64,000 nt of DNA from Vulcanimicrobiota bacterium (GTDB lineage: Bacteria > Vulcanimicrobiota > Vulcanimicrobiia > Vulcanimicrobiales > Vulcanimicrobiaceae). Below the pieces are notes generated by a model that did not search any database, was not told where the DNA came from, and saw only the letters and a list, made by a program, of their open reading frames with translations. Below are positions 62,633 through 64,000 of the stretch, piece by piece (the stretch's first letter is position 1; every line of letters starts with the position of its first letter). Location of the stretch: the NCBI GenBank assembly GCA_963786105.1, contig CAWAXX010000016.1, positions 1-64,000 of the forward strand, given 5' to 3'. The position numbers and the translations under genes are program-made.

Positions 62633-63652
62633 ATGAGAATTTTAGTTTCCGCCGGCGGGACGGTCACCGCTCAATCGGTAGTAAAGGCGTTGCGCGAGGA
62701 CGGGCGCGCGTCGTTTATCGCCGTCGTCGACGTCGACCCGCGGAATGCCACGAAGTTCTTCGTGGACGAATTCGTGCGCGTTCCGCCGGCCGACGATCCG
62801 GCATTCGTTACGGCGTGTTTGGAAGCGGTCGAACGTTTGCGCATCGAGTTGTTGGTTCCGATAATCGTCGAGCGCGAGTTCCTACCGCTCGGGGCCGCCG
62901 CACGTCAATTCCAAGAGCTCGGTTGCCGAGTCGCGGTCCCCTCGCGCGACATCGTGCTCAACGCGGGCGACAAGCTCGCGTTTGCGCAGTTCTTGGACCG
63001 GCTGTGTATCGCCACGCCGAGAACGGTGGCGTACGCTCCCGGCCTCGCTCACGTGCGGTTTCCGGCCTATTTGAAACCGCGGCGCGGTTCGGGCTCGGTC
63101 GGCACGCAGCGCTTCGAAAGCGAGGAGACGCTGCACGAGGCGGCGCGCGGACGCTCGGACCTGATCGTACAAGAAGCTGTGGACGGTACCGAATTCACCG
63201 TCGATTGCTTTGCCGCGGAAGCCGGGCGCGTGGTCGCGGCCGTTCCACGCGAACGCATCGCGATCAAAGCGGGCGTATCGGTGAAAGGCCGCACGTACCA
63301 CCATCCTGACATCGAAGCGATCGCCAGCGAGGTCGTCGCAAAAACCGGAATCGCCGGTCCCGCCAACGTGCAAGGCATGTTGCGCGAAGACGGCAGTTTT
63401 TCGATCATCGAAATGAATCCGCGCTTCTCGGGCACGCTCGCGCTGACGACCGCTGCCGGAATCAACTTTGCCAGCTTGCTCTTAGATCAGTTCGAGGGCA
63501 AGCCGCTTCCGGATTTACGCGGACGCCACCGCGCCGGCGTGACCATGATTCGCTATTGGAGCGAAGCATTCGAATCGCCCGAAGGTGAACGCTGGCTGGG
63601 AACCACGATGAGCGCCGCTCTTGCATGTCACCCTGAGCGGAGCGAACGATAG
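62633..63652 (+). CDS. ATP-grasp protein (carbamoyl-phosphate-synthase-like, polysaccharide-locus type)
   Basis: GDK, LKPRRGSGSVG, IVQEAVDGTEFTVD, NVQ, IEMNPRFSG. Confidence 0.85.
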   Translation: MRILVSAGGTVTAQSVVKALREDGRASFIAVVDVDPRNATKFFVDEFVRVPPADDPAFVTACLEAVERLRIELLVPIIVEREFLPLGAAARQFQELGCRVAVPSRDIVLNAGDKLAFAQFLDRLCIATPRTVAYAPGLAHVRFPAYLKPRRGSGSVGTQRFESEETLHEAARGRSDLIVQEAVDGTEFTVDCFAAEAGRVVAAVPRERIAIKAGVSVKGRTYHHPDIEAIASEVVAKTGIAGPANVQGMLREDGSFSIIEMNPRFSGTLALTTAAGINFASLLLDQFEGKPLPDLRGRHRAGVTMIRYWSEAFESPEGERWLGTTMSAALACHPERSER

Positions 63653-63798
63653 CGAGCGCAGTCAAAGGACTTGCGATGTCATCCTGAGCGGAGCGAGCAA
63701 TAGCGAGCGCAGTCGAAGGACTTGCGGTGTCGTCCTTCGACTGCGGCGCTTCGCGCCTCCGCTCAGGATGACACAATTAGCTCGCTCCGCTCAGGATG
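63626..63798. repeat. REP/BIME-like cluster: two tandem 51-bp units, one inverted unit and one partial unit
   Basis: TGTCAYCCTGAGCGGAGCGA..ATAGCGAGCGCAGTCRAAGGACTTGCG at 63626-76 and 63677-727. Inverted copy at 63732-73; partial copy at 63780-98. Confidence 0.85.
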
Positions 63799-64000
63799 CC
63801 ATGGATATTTCGAGTATCCGGTATTCGCCGGGGTCGAGCGGCACGACGTCGTGCGAGTCGAGTGGAAGCGCGCGCAATAGGCGTTCGAGCACTCCGAGCG
63901 AACCGCGATGTCCCACGACGACCACGCTCTTGAGAGCGGCGAGCGCACGCAGCTCGTCGGCAAACGGACGCAAGCGGTGCGATACGTCGCGAAAACTTTC
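63791..64000 (-). CDS. Histidine-phosphatase (phosphoglycerate mutase-like) family, 3' part only
   Basis: Open to the window edge: ESFRDVSHRL...VVVVGHRGSL matches the GES..V..R / VV.HG.. C-terminal pattern. Confidence 0.6.
   Translation of the reverse strand, partial: ESFRDVSHRLRPFADELRALAALKSVVVVGHRGSLGVLERLLRALPLDSHDVVPLDPGEYRILEISMAS

Noticed and set aside
63626..63798. CRISPR array
   Set aside because: The units are adjacent or inverted with no unique spacers, dispersed copies occur elsewhere, and there are no cas genes. This fits REP-like repeats.
1..64000. tRNA, rRNA, prophage, integrase, transposase or defence genes
   Set aside because: No recognisable cloverleaf, rRNA sequence or relevant protein motifs by eye. 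A tRNAscan or Rfam run would be needed to exclude them formally.

Overview
High-GC bacterial chromosomal window, about 60 densely packed and often translationally coupled CDSs. I recognise no rRNA, tRNA, CRISPR array, prophage or transposase. Gene order is Terrabacteria-like (yggS-sepF-divIVA, mfd-prsA-mazG, whiA-gap-pgk-tpiA-gpmI, DUF5693-csaB) combined with an LptD-like outer-membrane protein, which suggests Ca. Eremiobacterota/Vulcanimicrobiota (inference only). 1-37.6 kb is mostly housekeeping: ileS, tgt, a RluA-family gene, lspA, ccdA, lgt, leuB, fabH, glycolysis genes, mazG, prsA, mfd, a padR-MATE cassette, an isolated kal and a compact flgF-flgG-flgJ'-fliA cluster. 37.6-63.7 kb is a large cell-envelope glycan locus rich in GT-C-type membrane glycosyltransferases. 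The most notable signals that a gene caller would miss: (i) an unidentified ~165-nt structured RNA with its own promoter, a possible pseudoknot and a terminator (3241-3404); (ii) two MITE-like inverted-repeat elements, one with a CTA target duplication and an internal ORF that re-creates the TAATG coupling it interrupted; (iii) a REP-like repeat family that supplies stop codons; (iv) a 38-aa membrane sORF after gpmI; (v) an IleRS with HVGG/AMSKS instead of HIGH/KMSKS; (vi) a probable ATT start for murJ; (vii) a recurring sigma-H-like promoter motif. All family assignments come from motif recognition by eye, not database searches. Many start codons were re-chosen by hand.
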